Shown piece by piece: positions 9,906 through 18,214 of a DNA stretch of 46,197 nucleotides. The position numbers were made by a program, and so were the translations under genes. The notes below the pieces were generated by a model. That model searched no databases and was not told the DNA's origin. It worked only from the letters and a program-made list of their open reading frames with translations. How positions within the stretch are numbered: position 1 is the first letter of the stretch; the number at the start of each line of letters is the position of its first letter. This DNA is from Lacrimispora sp. (GTDB lineage: Bacteria; Bacillota; Clostridia; Lachnospirales; Lachnospiraceae), in contig JASGGP010000001.1 of NCBI GenBank assembly GCA_047604985.1, forward strand, positions 1 through 46,197, in the 5' to 3' direction.

Positions 9906-10670
9906 TTAAATCGTATAATCCGTATTTTCCAGCATATGGATCTTTAAGAGAAATTCCTTTAACCGTACATTTTCCGGGTCGTCAAAGATTTCCCTGGGTG
10001 TTCCGTCAGCAACGATCTTCCCATTTTCCAGAAAAATGATCCTGTTTGCCACATTCCTGACAAAATTCATTTCGTGGGTCACAAGCAGTATGGTATTTCC
10101 CTCCTGGGCCGCCTTTTTTATGGTTACTAAAACCTCGCTGACCAGCTCCGGGTCCAGGGCGGAGGTTGGTTCATCCATGAGGAGCAGCTTTGGGTCCATT
10201 GCCAGGGCCCTGGCAATGGCAACCATCTGCTGCTGCCCGCCGGATAAATGTCTTGGATAATGGGAAAGCCGGTCTCCCATTCCAACCTTCTGCAAATGCT
10301 TTTTTGCAATGTCCCTCGCCTCGGACTTTGATAATTTTTTCACTACCATCAGCCCTTCCATAACATTTTCCAGAGCGGTCCTGTTTTTAAAGAGGTTGAA
10401 CTGCTGGAAAACCATTTCCGTGCTTCTTCTCAGCTCCAGCTTTTCATGGGCTGATTTCGTGGTAAGGTCGATTTCTTTTCCGTTTATTTTGATGGTTCCC
10501 TGTTCCGGCTTTTCCAGTAAGTTGATGGAACGGAGCAGAGTGGACTTTCCGGTTCCCGACGGGCCGATGATGGCGACCACATCCCCCTGGTCAATGGTTA
10601 AATCCACATTATCCAGCACCACGTTTTCGCCGTATTTCTTGCTCAGTCCCCGAATTTCAATCAAGCTCAT
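9906..10670 (-). CDS. Polar amino-acid ABC transporter ATPase (TcyC/YxeO/GlnQ-like)
   Basis: GPSGTGKS, VFQQFNLF, LSGGQQQ, DEPTSALDPE and VTHEM motifs. Confidence 0.93.
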   Translation of the reverse strand: MSLIEIRGLSKKYGENVVLDNVDLTIDQGDVVAIIGPSGTGKSTLLRSINLLEKPEQGTIKINGKEIDLTTKSAHEKLELRRSTEMVFQQFNLFKNRTALENVMEGLMVVKKLSKSEARDIAKKHLQKVGMGDRLSHYPRHLSGGQQQMVAIARALAMDPKLLLMDEPTSALDPELVSEVLVTIKKAAQEGNTILLVTHEMNFVRNVANRIIFLENGKIVADGTPREIFDDPENVRLKEFLLKIHMLENTDYTI

Positions 10671-10673
10671 GGC

Positions 10674-11399
10674 CTACGCCTCCTTTTCTGCCGCGACTTC
10701 TTCCGGCACGCTCATCTTTCTCTCCAGGTATGTAAACACCCGTTCAATGAAAATGGTCAGAATCCAGTAAATAACGGCGAGGGAACAGTAGACTTCAAAA
10801 TACCGGTAGCTGTTTCCCGCAAGGATCTTGCCCTGAGCCGTGATCTCCACCACGGAACAGGTAAAGGCCAGGGAGGTTCCTTTTATCAGGGATATGAGGG
10901 AGTTGCCAAGGGATGGAATGGCAACCGTAACGGCCTGAGGGAATAAGACCCTGCGAAAGATCTGAAATCCGTTCATCCCCAGTGCCTTGGCAGCCTCCAC
11001 CTGGCCCTTTTCCACAGACTGTATGGCCGCCCGGATGGTTTCTGAATCAAAGGCGGACTGGTTGAGCCCCAGGGCCACAATGGCAAAAAGAATGGGAGGT
11101 ATCCCGTTTACGTTAAAGGAAGTTCCGTTGTAATAGTTATAATATTTTAAAGCAATGGGAATCCCAAAATACGTAAGGTAGAGCTGGACAATGATGGGGG
11201 TTCCCCGGACCACGGAAACAAATAAGGTGCTCAGCTGCCGCAGAACCGGGATGCTGTGGATTTTTACCACGGCGATCAAGAGCCCCACCGCCCACCCGAT
11301 CACAAGGGCGGTTACCGTCAGCTGCAGGGTTACGGGCAGGTATTTTAAGATTGCGGGAATCTCCGTAAATACCAGCTGCCAGTCAAATATTTTGCTCAT
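10674..11399 (-). CDS. Polar amino-acid ABC transporter permease (TcyB/YxeN-like)
   Basis: RGTPIIVQL, SETIRAAIQSVEKGQVEAAKALG (EAA loop) and LIKGTSL motifs. Confidence 0.93.
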   Translation of the reverse strand: MSKIFDWQLVFTEIPAILKYLPVTLQLTVTALVIGWAVGLLIAVVKIHSIPVLRQLSTLFVSVVRGTPIIVQLYLTYFGIPIALKYYNYYNGTSFNVNGIPPILFAIVALGLNQSAFDSETIRAAIQSVEKGQVEAAKALGMNGFQIFRRVLFPQAVTVAIPSLGNSLISLIKGTSLAFTCSVVEITAQGKILAGNSYRYFEVYCSLAVIYWILTIFIERVFTYLERKMSVPEEVAAEKEA

Positions 11400-11414
11400 G
11401 TTGTTCCTCCGGCT

Positions 11415-12377
11415 TTATTTATAGGATGGGGAGTAATCAGAACCAAACCATTTGGTATTAATTTCCTTAGATGTTCCGTCCTCAACCACTTCTTTCAATG
11501 CTTTGTTGATGTCTTCTACCAGCTGGTCATTTCCCTTGCTGACAATCAAGTAGCTATAGGGCTCCTGCATTAAGTCTCCCGACACTGAATTGCTGATGGA
11601 AACGCCTTCCACGTTAAAATTAAATTCTTTCTGGTAATACTCAAACATCGGCTTATCCATTAAGACAAAGTCATATTTTCCCGCTTCTACATCCTGAATC
11701 TGCAGCACAAGGTCCTCGTCACTGTATTCGATGGCAATGGGCTTCTGGGGATTTGCAGCGTTGTAATTTTCCAAGGCTGTGGTAATATTGATGCCCGCCT
11801 GGGAAATGGTCTTTAATCCTGCAAGGTCATCCCAGCTTTCAATGCCTGCGGCCTTGTCATTATCCTTTGCAAAAATAGCCACGTATTCATTGGCAAAAAT
11901 CGGGTCTGTGAACAAATACTTTTCTTTTCTCTGGTCGTTCTTGGCAAAATTGTTTACGCCGATCTGGTAACGGTCTGAATCCAGTCCTGCAAAAATGGAC
12001 GGGAAGTCTGTCACTTCAATTTCAAGCTTATACTGGGGAAGCCGGTCGAAAATGGCTTTGATGAGATCAATGTTATGGCCGGTCAGCTGGTTGCTGCTGT
12101 CCACAAAGGTAAAGGGCTTGGGGGAACCGCCTGTTGCCGCATATACGGTGACAGGATTTGTTGTGGAAGCGGCGCTTTCACCTGCAGCGCTGCTCTCTGG
12201 CTGCTTTCCCTGGTCCGCCGCGGCTGTTGTGGTTTCTGCTGTGCTGCTTTCTGAACTTCCTGCCGCGCTGCTGCCTGCTCCACCGGCGGCCTTTCCGGTG
12301 CATCCGGATAAGGCTCCCAATACGGCAGCTGCCGCCAGAATACCTAAAATAGTTTTTTTCGCAATATTTTTCTTCAT
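11415..12377 (-). CDS. Lipoprotein substrate-binding protein, family 3 (cystine/glutathione/S-conjugate-type)
   Basis: Signal peptide with LSGC lipobox, Ala/Ser/Thr-rich linker, then PKPFTF, IFAGLDSDRY, RKEKYLFT and KWFG motifs. ATG at 12377 follows a GGAG RBS. Confidence 0.88.
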   Translation of the reverse strand: MKKNIAKKTILGILAAAAVLGALSGCTGKAAGGAGSSAAGSSESSTAETTTAAADQGKQPESSAAGESAASTTNPVTVYAATGGSPKPFTFVDSSNQLTGHNIDLIKAIFDRLPQYKLEIEVTDFPSIFAGLDSDRYQIGVNNFAKNDQRKEKYLFTDPIFANEYVAIFAKDNDKAAGIESWDDLAGLKTISQAGINITTALENYNAANPQKPIAIEYSDEDLVLQIQDVEAGKYDFVLMDKPMFEYYQKEFNFNVEGVSISNSVSGDLMQEPYSYLIVSKGNDQLVEDINKALKEVVEDGTSKEINTKWFGSDYSPSYK

Positions 12378-12404
12378 AACTTCTCCTCTTTTCCTCAACT
12401 AAAA

Positions 12405-13394
12405 TTAATATTTAAATTTTTTTGTTCCGAATTTCTCATCCCTGTTGTTGGGCTCATTCCATATGGAAGTGTCTGGCCCCAGGGGAAGAATGTTGTATGG
12501 ATTGTGGGCATGGTTCCCCAATAGATAACCTCTTTTGATGGAATCAAAGTCCGTGGCCTCTTTAAATGCAGGAATCGTATATAAATCCTTTGCGTAATTC
12601 CACAGATTGTCAAAATCTGCGATCCGGTTTCTGTTTGTCTTGTGGCTGAAATAGTAGGCCACGTCAAATCTGGCAAGGGTCACATACAGCCGGATATCGG
12701 AATCCGTCAGCCGGTCCCCGAATAAATATCTGCCTTTGGAAAGCCGTTCCTCCAGCCAGTCAAGACGCTTAAAGAGCACGTCATAGGCTGTTTCGTATTC
12801 CGCCTGGGACTGGGCAAACCCGGCCTTGTAGACACCGTTGTTCACCTCATGGAACAGGATAACGTTCAGCTCGTCGATTTCTTTCCTTAAGTCCTCGGGA
12901 TAAAGGTCCGGGGCACCGGGCTTATGAAATGGCTTCCATACGGTTTCCCAGTAATTAGTCAGACGATGGTAATCATTGTTGACCACCTTTCCTGTCTTCA
13001 CATCCACCACCGCAGGAACGGTGGCTCTTCCCTCATAATCCGGATCCGTTGCCCCATAGATCTCAGGGAGATAACGGATCTTTAAAACCGGATCCACGCC
13101 CCCCTCATCAAGGGAAAACTCCCAGCCCTTTTCCGTCCTTACGGGGGCTGTCTTTCCCACGCTTATGACATCCTCCAGACCCAGAAGCTTTAAGGCAATG
13201 ATCTGCCTCGTGGCCCAGGGGCAAATGGAAGCCCAGATGAGCCGGTACCGTCCAGCCTCCACCGGAAGCTCTCCCTCTCCGTCTCCAAAAGGCGTAATAA
13301 AACGATTTTCCTGTCTTACAAACGCTCCGCTTTCCGATACCTCATGGGCGTCCTCAGAGGTTGCTACTTTCCCGAATTTTTCTTCTATTGCCAT
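12405..13394 (-). CDS. Xi-class GST / glutathionyl-hydroquinone reductase-like protein, paralogue 1 (CPWA); first gene of the operon
   Basis: LPVEAGRYRL..ICPWATR, GRATVPAVVD, VNNGVYKAGFA and NPYNILPLGP motifs. Start revised to the ATG at 13394 (AGGAAAGAAGGA RBS). Confidence 0.92.
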   Translation of the reverse strand: MAIEEKFGKVATSEDAHEVSESGAFVRQENRFITPFGDGEGELPVEAGRYRLIWASICPWATRQIIALKLLGLEDVISVGKTAPVRTEKGWEFSLDEGGVDPVLKIRYLPEIYGATDPDYEGRATVPAVVDVKTGKVVNNDYHRLTNYWETVWKPFHKPGAPDLYPEDLRKEIDELNVILFHEVNNGVYKAGFAQSQAEYETAYDVLFKRLDWLEERLSKGRYLFGDRLTDSDIRLYVTLARFDVAYYFSHKTNRNRIADFDNLWNYAKDLYTIPAFKEATDFDSIKRGYLLGNHAHNPYNILPLGPDTSIWNEPNNRDEKFGTKKFKY

Positions 13395-13426
13395 GATTCT
13401 TATCCTTCTTTCCTGAATTTGAGTAC

Positions 13427-13457
13427 AAAAAAAGCAGCTGCCGCCTGACACCTGCCT
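13427..13457 (-). terminator. Intrinsic terminator (attenuator) in the 5' leader of the GST/ABC operon
   Basis: Minus strand AGGCAGGTGTC-AGGC-GGCAGCTGC-TTTTTTT: a GC-rich stem with one G-G mismatch plus a 7-T tail. It starts 2 nt after the leader-peptide stop and ends 32 nt before the first ATG. Confidence 0.75.
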
Positions 13458-13459
13458 GT

Positions 13460-13579
13460 TTACACATAAAAATTATGCAAAAGGTCCTCAGGTTTCAAAA
13501 CGAGCCTGAAACAAGAATTCTTTTTCTCCATACAGCAACAGCAGCTACAGCACGCCATATCCATTTTCATCTCAAACAT
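13460..13579 (-). CDS. Cys/Met-rich leader peptide, 39 aa (MFEMKMDMACCSCCCCMEKKNSCFRLVLKPEDLLHNFYV)
   Basis: Strong RBS GGAAAGGAG 6 nt before the ATG. Six Cys in seven codons (13532-13552) and five Met in the first 17 codons. Below the ORF-track length cutoff. Confidence 0.75.
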   Translation of the reverse strand: MFEMKMDMACCSCCCCMEKKNSCFRLVLKPEDLLHNFYV

Positions 13580-13617
13580 TTTAAGCTCCTTTCCTATGCC
13601 TCTCGCTTTCTGCATAT

Positions 13618-13646
13618 AGCATATCATTCCTATAGGTTTTTGTATA
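13618..13646 (-). promoter_or_regulatory. Candidate sigma-A promoter for leader/operon with an overlapping CymR-like core
   Basis: TATACA-17bp-TATGCT with extended TG. The spacer contains CCTATAGGAAT (ATCATTCCTAT on the + strand). Confidence 0.4.
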
Positions 13647-13651
13647 ATATG

Positions 13652-13694
13652 AAAAAAATACAGCTGGTTATAAGTTCGACCTATAACCAGCTGT
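13652..13694 (-). terminator. cysK intrinsic terminator
   Basis: ACAGCTGGTTATA...TATAACCAGCTGT 13-bp inverted repeat followed by a T7 tract on the minus strand. Confidence 0.88.
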
Positions 13695-13709
13695 CACAGC
13701 TTCCTGATA

Positions 13710-14642
13710 TTAACCAAATAACGGGGTAGATAAATACCGGTCACCGGAATCAGGCAGCAGAACCACAATGGTCTTTCCTTTGTTTTCAGGTCTTTCCGCC
13801 AGTATCTTTGCCGCCTTTAAAGCCGCGCCCGAGGAAATGCCTACCAGAATTCCTTCCGATACGGCAAAGGCCTTCCCTTCCTTAAATGCGTCCTCGTTTT
13901 CCACAGGAATTATTTCATCGTAAATTCCGGTGTTCAGCACGTCAGGCACAAAGCCTGCGCCGATTCCCTGAAGCTTGTGGGGCCCTGGCTTACCGCCGGA
14001 AAGCACCGGGCTTCCTGCCGGCTCTACCGCTATAATTTTAACGTCCGGATTCTTCTCTTTCAAATATTCGCCTACGCCTGTAATGGTGCCGCCTGTACCA
14101 ACACCTGCCACAAAAATGTCCACATTTCCATCGGTCTGTTCCCAGATTTCCGGACCGGTGGTCTCCTTATGCACCTTGGGGTTAGCAGGATTGCTGAACT
14201 GTCCCAGTATGATGGAGCCGGAAATGTCGGCCTTCAGCTCTTCTGCCTTTTCAATGGCACCTCTCATGCCCTTTGCGCCTTCCGTAAGCACCAGCTCTGC
14301 ACCGTAGGCTTTCAATAAGTTTCTTCTTTCCACGCTCATGGTATCAGGCAGTGTTAGAATGGTCTTGTAGCCCTTGGCTGCCGCCACTGCTGCCAGACCG
14401 ATTCCGGTATTTCCTGAAGTGGGCTCAATGATGGTTGCACCTGACTTTAAAATGCCTTTTTCTTCCGCGTCCTCAATCATGGCAAGTGCGATTCTGTCTT
14501 TTACGGAACCGGCCGGATTTAAGTATTCCAGCTTTGCCAGAAGAGTTACACCTTCGATTCCTTCTTCTTCACTGTAACGGTTTAATTTCAGCACCGGTGT
14601 TTTGCCGACCAGCTCTACTGCGCTTTCTTTAATTGATCCCAT
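13710..14642 (-). CDS. cysK: Cysteine synthase A (O-acetylserine sulfhydrylase)
   Basis: [11 protein letters not shown] (PLP lysine), [22 protein letters not shown] and DSGDRYLST motifs. ATG at 14642 follows GGAGG. Confidence 0.97.
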   Translation of the reverse strand: MGSIKESAVELVGKTPVLKLNRYSEEEGIEGVTLLAKLEYLNPAGSVKDRIALAMIEDAEEKGILKSGATIIEPTSGNTGIGLAAVAAAKGYKTILTLPDTMSVERRNLLKAYGAELVLTEGAKGMRGAIEKAEELKADISGSIILGQFSNPANPKVHKETTGPEIWEQTDGNVDIFVAGVGTGGTITGVGEYLKEKNPDVKIIAVEPAGSPVLSGGKPGPHKLQGIGAGFVPDVLNTGIYDEIIPVENEDAFKEGKAFAVSEGILVGISSGAALKAAKILAERPENKGKTIVVLLPDSGDRYLSTPLFG

Positions 14643-14770
14643 ATTCTTTACCTCCACTTTTCTTATATTTTCCTTATGGTCTATTTACTACCTATAATAT
14701 TAATATGTTTATATGTTATAATTATATTAATACGGAAAAAGAAATGTGTCAATACCTTTTGGGATATTTT

Positions 14771-15739
14771 TTACAGAGCCCCAATCCGCTCTTCTACAAA
14801 CCGCCTCAGCTCATCCATGGTTTCCACCTGATTAATATCATTTCGAAGCTTTGCAGAATGGGGAAGCCCTGCCGTGTACCATGCCATATGCTTGCGCATC
14901 TCCCGCATTGCCACTGCCTCCCCCTTTTTCCTGGCCTGTAAATCTCCGTGACGGAGGATCATCCGGCTGATTTCCCCTGCATCCGGGACAGGAAGCACCT
15001 CCCCTGTTTCCAGATAGTGAAGAGTTCTGGAAAAAATCCAGGGATTTCCCTTTGCGCCCCTGGCAATCATCACTCCGTCACAGCCGGTTTCTTTCATAAG
15101 GGCCTTTGCATCCTCAGGGTGAAACACGTCACCGTTTCCAATAACCGGGATGGAAACAGCTTCTTTCACTTTCCTGATAATACTCCAGTCCGCCTTTCCC
15201 GAATAATACTGCTCTCTCGTTCTTCCGTGGACAGCCACCGCAGCCACGCCGCTGCTTTCCGCCATCCTGGCAAATTCCACCGCATTGCAGTCCTCTTCCG
15301 TAAAGCCTTTCCGGAATTTTACGGTCACCGGCTTTTTCACCGCTTTCACCATAGAGGTTAAGATGCGTTCCGCCAGCTTAATGTCTTTCATAAGGGCGGA
15401 GCCTTCGCCATTGTTTACGATCTTCGGCACCGGGCAGCCCATGTTCACGTCAAGGAAAGCGTAAGGGCCTGCTTCCACCTGGGCCGCAATTTCCGCCATG
15501 ATCTCCGGATCCGAGCCAAACAGCTGAAGGACTACAGGGCCTTCTCCCTCCGCCACCTCCAACAGCTCCTTTGTATTTCTGTTTTTATATAAAATAGCCT
15601 TGGCGCTGACCATCTCCGTTACCGCCAGCCCGCAGCCCTGCTCTCTGCAAAGCAAACGAAATGGCAGGTCTGTAACCCCTGCCATCGGCGCAAGTATCAG
15701 GTTGTTATCAAGGGTCACATCTCCGATTTTAAGCTTCAC
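14771..15739 (-). CDS. dusB: tRNA-dihydrouridine synthase B
   Basis: LAPMAGVTD, DVNMGCP, VHGRTREQ and IGNGD motifs. Confidence 0.95.
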   Translation of the reverse strand: MKLKIGDVTLDNNLILAPMAGVTDLPFRLLCREQGCGLAVTEMVSAKAILYKNRNTKELLEVAEGEGPVVLQLFGSDPEIMAEIAAQVEAGPYAFLDVNMGCPVPKIVNNGEGSALMKDIKLAERILTSMVKAVKKPVTVKFRKGFTEEDCNAVEFARMAESSGVAAVAVHGRTREQYYSGKADWSIIRKVKEAVSIPVIGNGDVFHPEDAKALMKETGCDGVMIARGAKGNPWIFSRTLHYLETGEVLPVPDAGEISRMILRHGDLQARKKGEAVAMREMRKHMAWYTAGLPHSAKLRNDINQVETMDELRRFVEERIGAL

Positions 15740-16104
15740 CTGTCCATGTCCCCGCTTTCCATTTCTCCTCCCAGGTAAAATACCCGGTAATACATTTCCA
15801 GAGCTTCTAAAAGCTCTCTTTTTTCTTTCCGGTACTGCTTGATTTTCAGCACGCTTCCTATCTCATCAAAGAAATAGTCCCCTTCCTCGGATGTCACCTT
15901 AAATTCAAGGGCTCCGTCCGGTTCAAATTCCAGGGTGAGGATTCCCCCCACGTCTTCTGTGTAGAGGACGCACATGATCTGGAGCTCCTGTTGGATATTC
16001 TCCGGAAAGCGGTCAAACTGCCGGTTAAAATAGTATTTCTGATCATAGGAGCTGGCACCGCAAAGCACCACATTCCCGCTTCTCTCTTCCATATGTTCTG
16101 ACAC
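15736..16104 (-). CDS. Conserved Lachnospiraceae hypothetical protein (DUF6145-like)
   Basis: VLCGASSYDQKYYFN, DVGGILTL and FDEIGSVLKIK motifs. Overlaps the dusB start; start could be 16092. Confidence 0.7.
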   Translation of the reverse strand: MSEHMEERSGNVVLCGASSYDQKYYFNRQFDRFPENIQQELQIMCVLYTEDVGGILTLEFEPDGALEFKVTSEEGDYFFDEIGSVLKIKQYRKEKRELLEALEMYYRVFYLGGEMESGDMDR

Positions 16105-16348
16105 CGTTCTTTCTATATTATATTATGTCCCAGGATTCCGGGATATTTCCATTTGTTTTATCAGCTTTTTATTTTAGCATACGTGAAAGGAAATAACAAT
16201 AGAAAGCAGGATTCCAGATGTATGGGGAAATACCTTTCCGGGATATGCTTCGGCTATGGCAGCAAAAACACTCCGGACCGAAAGCAAATATACGCCTGTC
16301 TTTCAGCTCAGAGTGTTCCTGTTGATTTCGGATTACAGCCCCGCTCCC

Positions 16349-17269
16349 TTACTGCAAATTTTCCTTATAGAAAGCTCCCAGCTTTTCCACCGCCCGTCTG
16401 ACCGGTTCCGGCTGGTCATACAAATCATAATGGCTTACCCCTTCAAGAACCAGCAAATCCTTTTTCCTTGAAGCCGCTTTCTCGTAAAGCTCATGGCCGT
16501 CTCCGTAGGAACCAAATGCTCCCAGCTTGTCACCGACGATGACCTGCAGCGGCTGGGTCAGCAGCACATCTGCCAGATGGAAGGCATCAAAGCCCAATAC
16601 CAGTCCCATACTGGTGAAATTAAGCTTATTGGGGGAATTGGAACACTGGCCCCTTGGCGTTGTGTAGTAATCCACCGCTTCTACGATATCAATATCCGTG
16701 ACGCCCGCTTTTTCTCTCTCTTCCTGGTTGTTTGGAATCCAGCCTACAATCATCGGTTCCCCGCCCCTGGCCTCAGTCGTGCGCTGTGCGCCAACCGCTT
16801 CAAGGGTCTGAACAGGATCTCCGTTTTGACGGTATATCCGGCCGATATTAGCGCCGGCAACCGTGCCTACCGCTTTAATGCGGTGTTCTGTCATTGCAGC
16901 ATTTACCGCATAGCCGCCGCCGGCGCAGACACCCAGCACACCAATGCGGTTTTCATCTACAAAATCAAGTGTGGTAAGGTAATCCACCCCACAGCGGATA
17001 TCCTCTACCCGGGCGGCCGGGTCCTCAATGTATCTGGGCTCCCCTTCGCTCTCTCCCTGATAGGATGCGTCAAATACCAGGGTTACAAATCCCAGCTCCG
17101 CAAGCTTTTCGGCATAAATTCCCGCCGTCTGTTCCTTGCAGCTGCTGCCTGGATGAGCACATACAATTGCAGGATTCTTCTGCTCCTCTGCTATCTCCGG
17201 CATATTTAAAATGCCTGCCACGATTAATCCACGGGCCAAAAATTTTACTTCTCTTTTAGTAACTGTCAT
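16349..17269 (-). CDS. Alpha/beta hydrolase (YcjY/dienelactone hydrolase-like, Cys nucleophile)
   Basis: HPGSSCKEQTAG, YQGESEGEPR, GVCAGGG and SHYDLYD motifs. Confidence 0.88.
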   Translation of the reverse strand: MTVTKREVKFLARGLIVAGILNMPEIAEEQKNPAIVCAHPGSSCKEQTAGIYAEKLAELGFVTLVFDASYQGESEGEPRYIEDPAARVEDIRCGVDYLTTLDFVDENRIGVLGVCAGGGYAVNAAMTEHRIKAVGTVAGANIGRIYRQNGDPVQTLEAVGAQRTTEARGGEPMIVGWIPNNQEEREKAGVTDIDIVEAVDYYTTPRGQCSNSPNKLNFTSMGLVLGFDAFHLADVLLTQPLQVIVGDKLGAFGSYGDGHELYEKAASRKKDLLVLEGVSHYDLYDQPEPVRRAVEKLGAFYKENLQ

Positions 17270-17459
17270 ATAAACGACCTCCTGTGCCTTTTTATAATTT
17301 AAAATTACACTTGCGAGTTTTTTTACTCTCGTGTATATTTATATTAAACCATGCCATTGACGATTTCAATGACCACATCTTCACTTTTATGTAGTAATAC
17401 ACACTTTTCAAAAATTGTATATTAAACTTTGTATTCTGAATTTACAGGAGGAACTTTTC

Positions 17460-18008
17460 ATGGACAATAAAGTGGACCGGAGAATTTTAAAATCAAGAAA
17501 GCTGATTCAGACCACCTTTTTAACAATGCTGATCGAAGACGGCTTTGACGAAATCACAGTAAAAAAAATAACGGAAAAATCGGATATAAGCAGAAAAACT
17601 TTTTATCTTCATTATGCCGATAAATATGAACTTCTGGATACCATTGTTGATAAACAGTTAGAAGAATTGGAAGAAATCTGCGAGATGAAAAAAGAAAAGG
17701 GCTTTATTGAGGGCACTGTCATCTGGTTTCAGTATTTTGAACGGCATAAGGCTTTCTTTGGAGCCCTGTTTGCAAGTGAAAGCACCGTCTCCTTCCGAAA
17801 GCGGCTCCTGGACTTCATAACCAATCAATTGGGGAAAAGACTGGCTGGAATAGGCGCAGAGAAAGACCCTGAAGTACTTCTGAAGTTTTTAAGCATGGCT
17901 GTCCTGGGCATTGTGGAATCCTTTCTGTTAGACCAGCTGAGTGCCAATACCGAGCAGATAGCCAGTCAGGTCGGAGAGCTGCTGGAGCGGAATATCGCTT
18001 TTGCATAA
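17460..18008 (+). CDS. TetR/AcrR family regulator, divergent from the hydrolase
   Basis: DRRILKS..GFDEITVKKI..ISRKTFYLHY HTH. ATG at 17460 follows AGGAGG. Confidence 0.92.
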   Translation: MDNKVDRRILKSRKLIQTTFLTMLIEDGFDEITVKKITEKSDISRKTFYLHYADKYELLDTIVDKQLEELEEICEMKKEKGFIEGTVIWFQYFERHKAFFGALFASESTVSFRKRLLDFITNQLGKRLAGIGAEKDPEVLLKFLSMAVLGIVESFLLDQLSANTEQIASQVGELLERNIAFA

Positions 18009-18133
18009 CTTTTTATCTGCAGGTTCTCTCTCGCAGAATCATTCCATTCACAGCTTTACTTATCTTTATCTCCCCCTCATTAAATTTCCCTCTCAATAAA
18101 CTTCCACTTAAGAGGGAAAAAACAGCCCCATTG

Positions 18134-18147
18134 TGTAAGGGCTTACA
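18134..18147. promoter_or_regulatory. Upstream (auxiliary) operator TGTAAGGGCTTACA
   Basis: Palindrome matching three other copies in the window. Lies 113 bp upstream of the main uxaA operator. Confidence 0.6.
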
Positions 18148-18214
18148 GGCAGACTTTCATAGAATAGACAATAATCTTTCACCGATCAACAGGCCTTACT
18201 CATCACTTTTCCTA

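Noticed and set aside
12150-12300. GCT/GCA-rich low-complexity stretch as a repeat element
   Set aside because: It encodes the Ala/Ser/Thr linker of the lipoprotein SBP.
13460-13579. Cys-rich peptide as a RiPP precursor (ranthipeptide/thiopeptide)
   Set aside because: There is no radical SAM, YcaO or lanthionine enzyme or exporter nearby. The contiguous Cys run and immediate terminator fit attenuation better, though this is not formally excluded.
13430-13620. T-box or S-box riboswitch in the operon leader
   Set aside because: No AAxxxGGGTGGxACC T-box or SAM-I core motif was found, the leader is short, and it contains a translated-looking ORF with a strong RBS.
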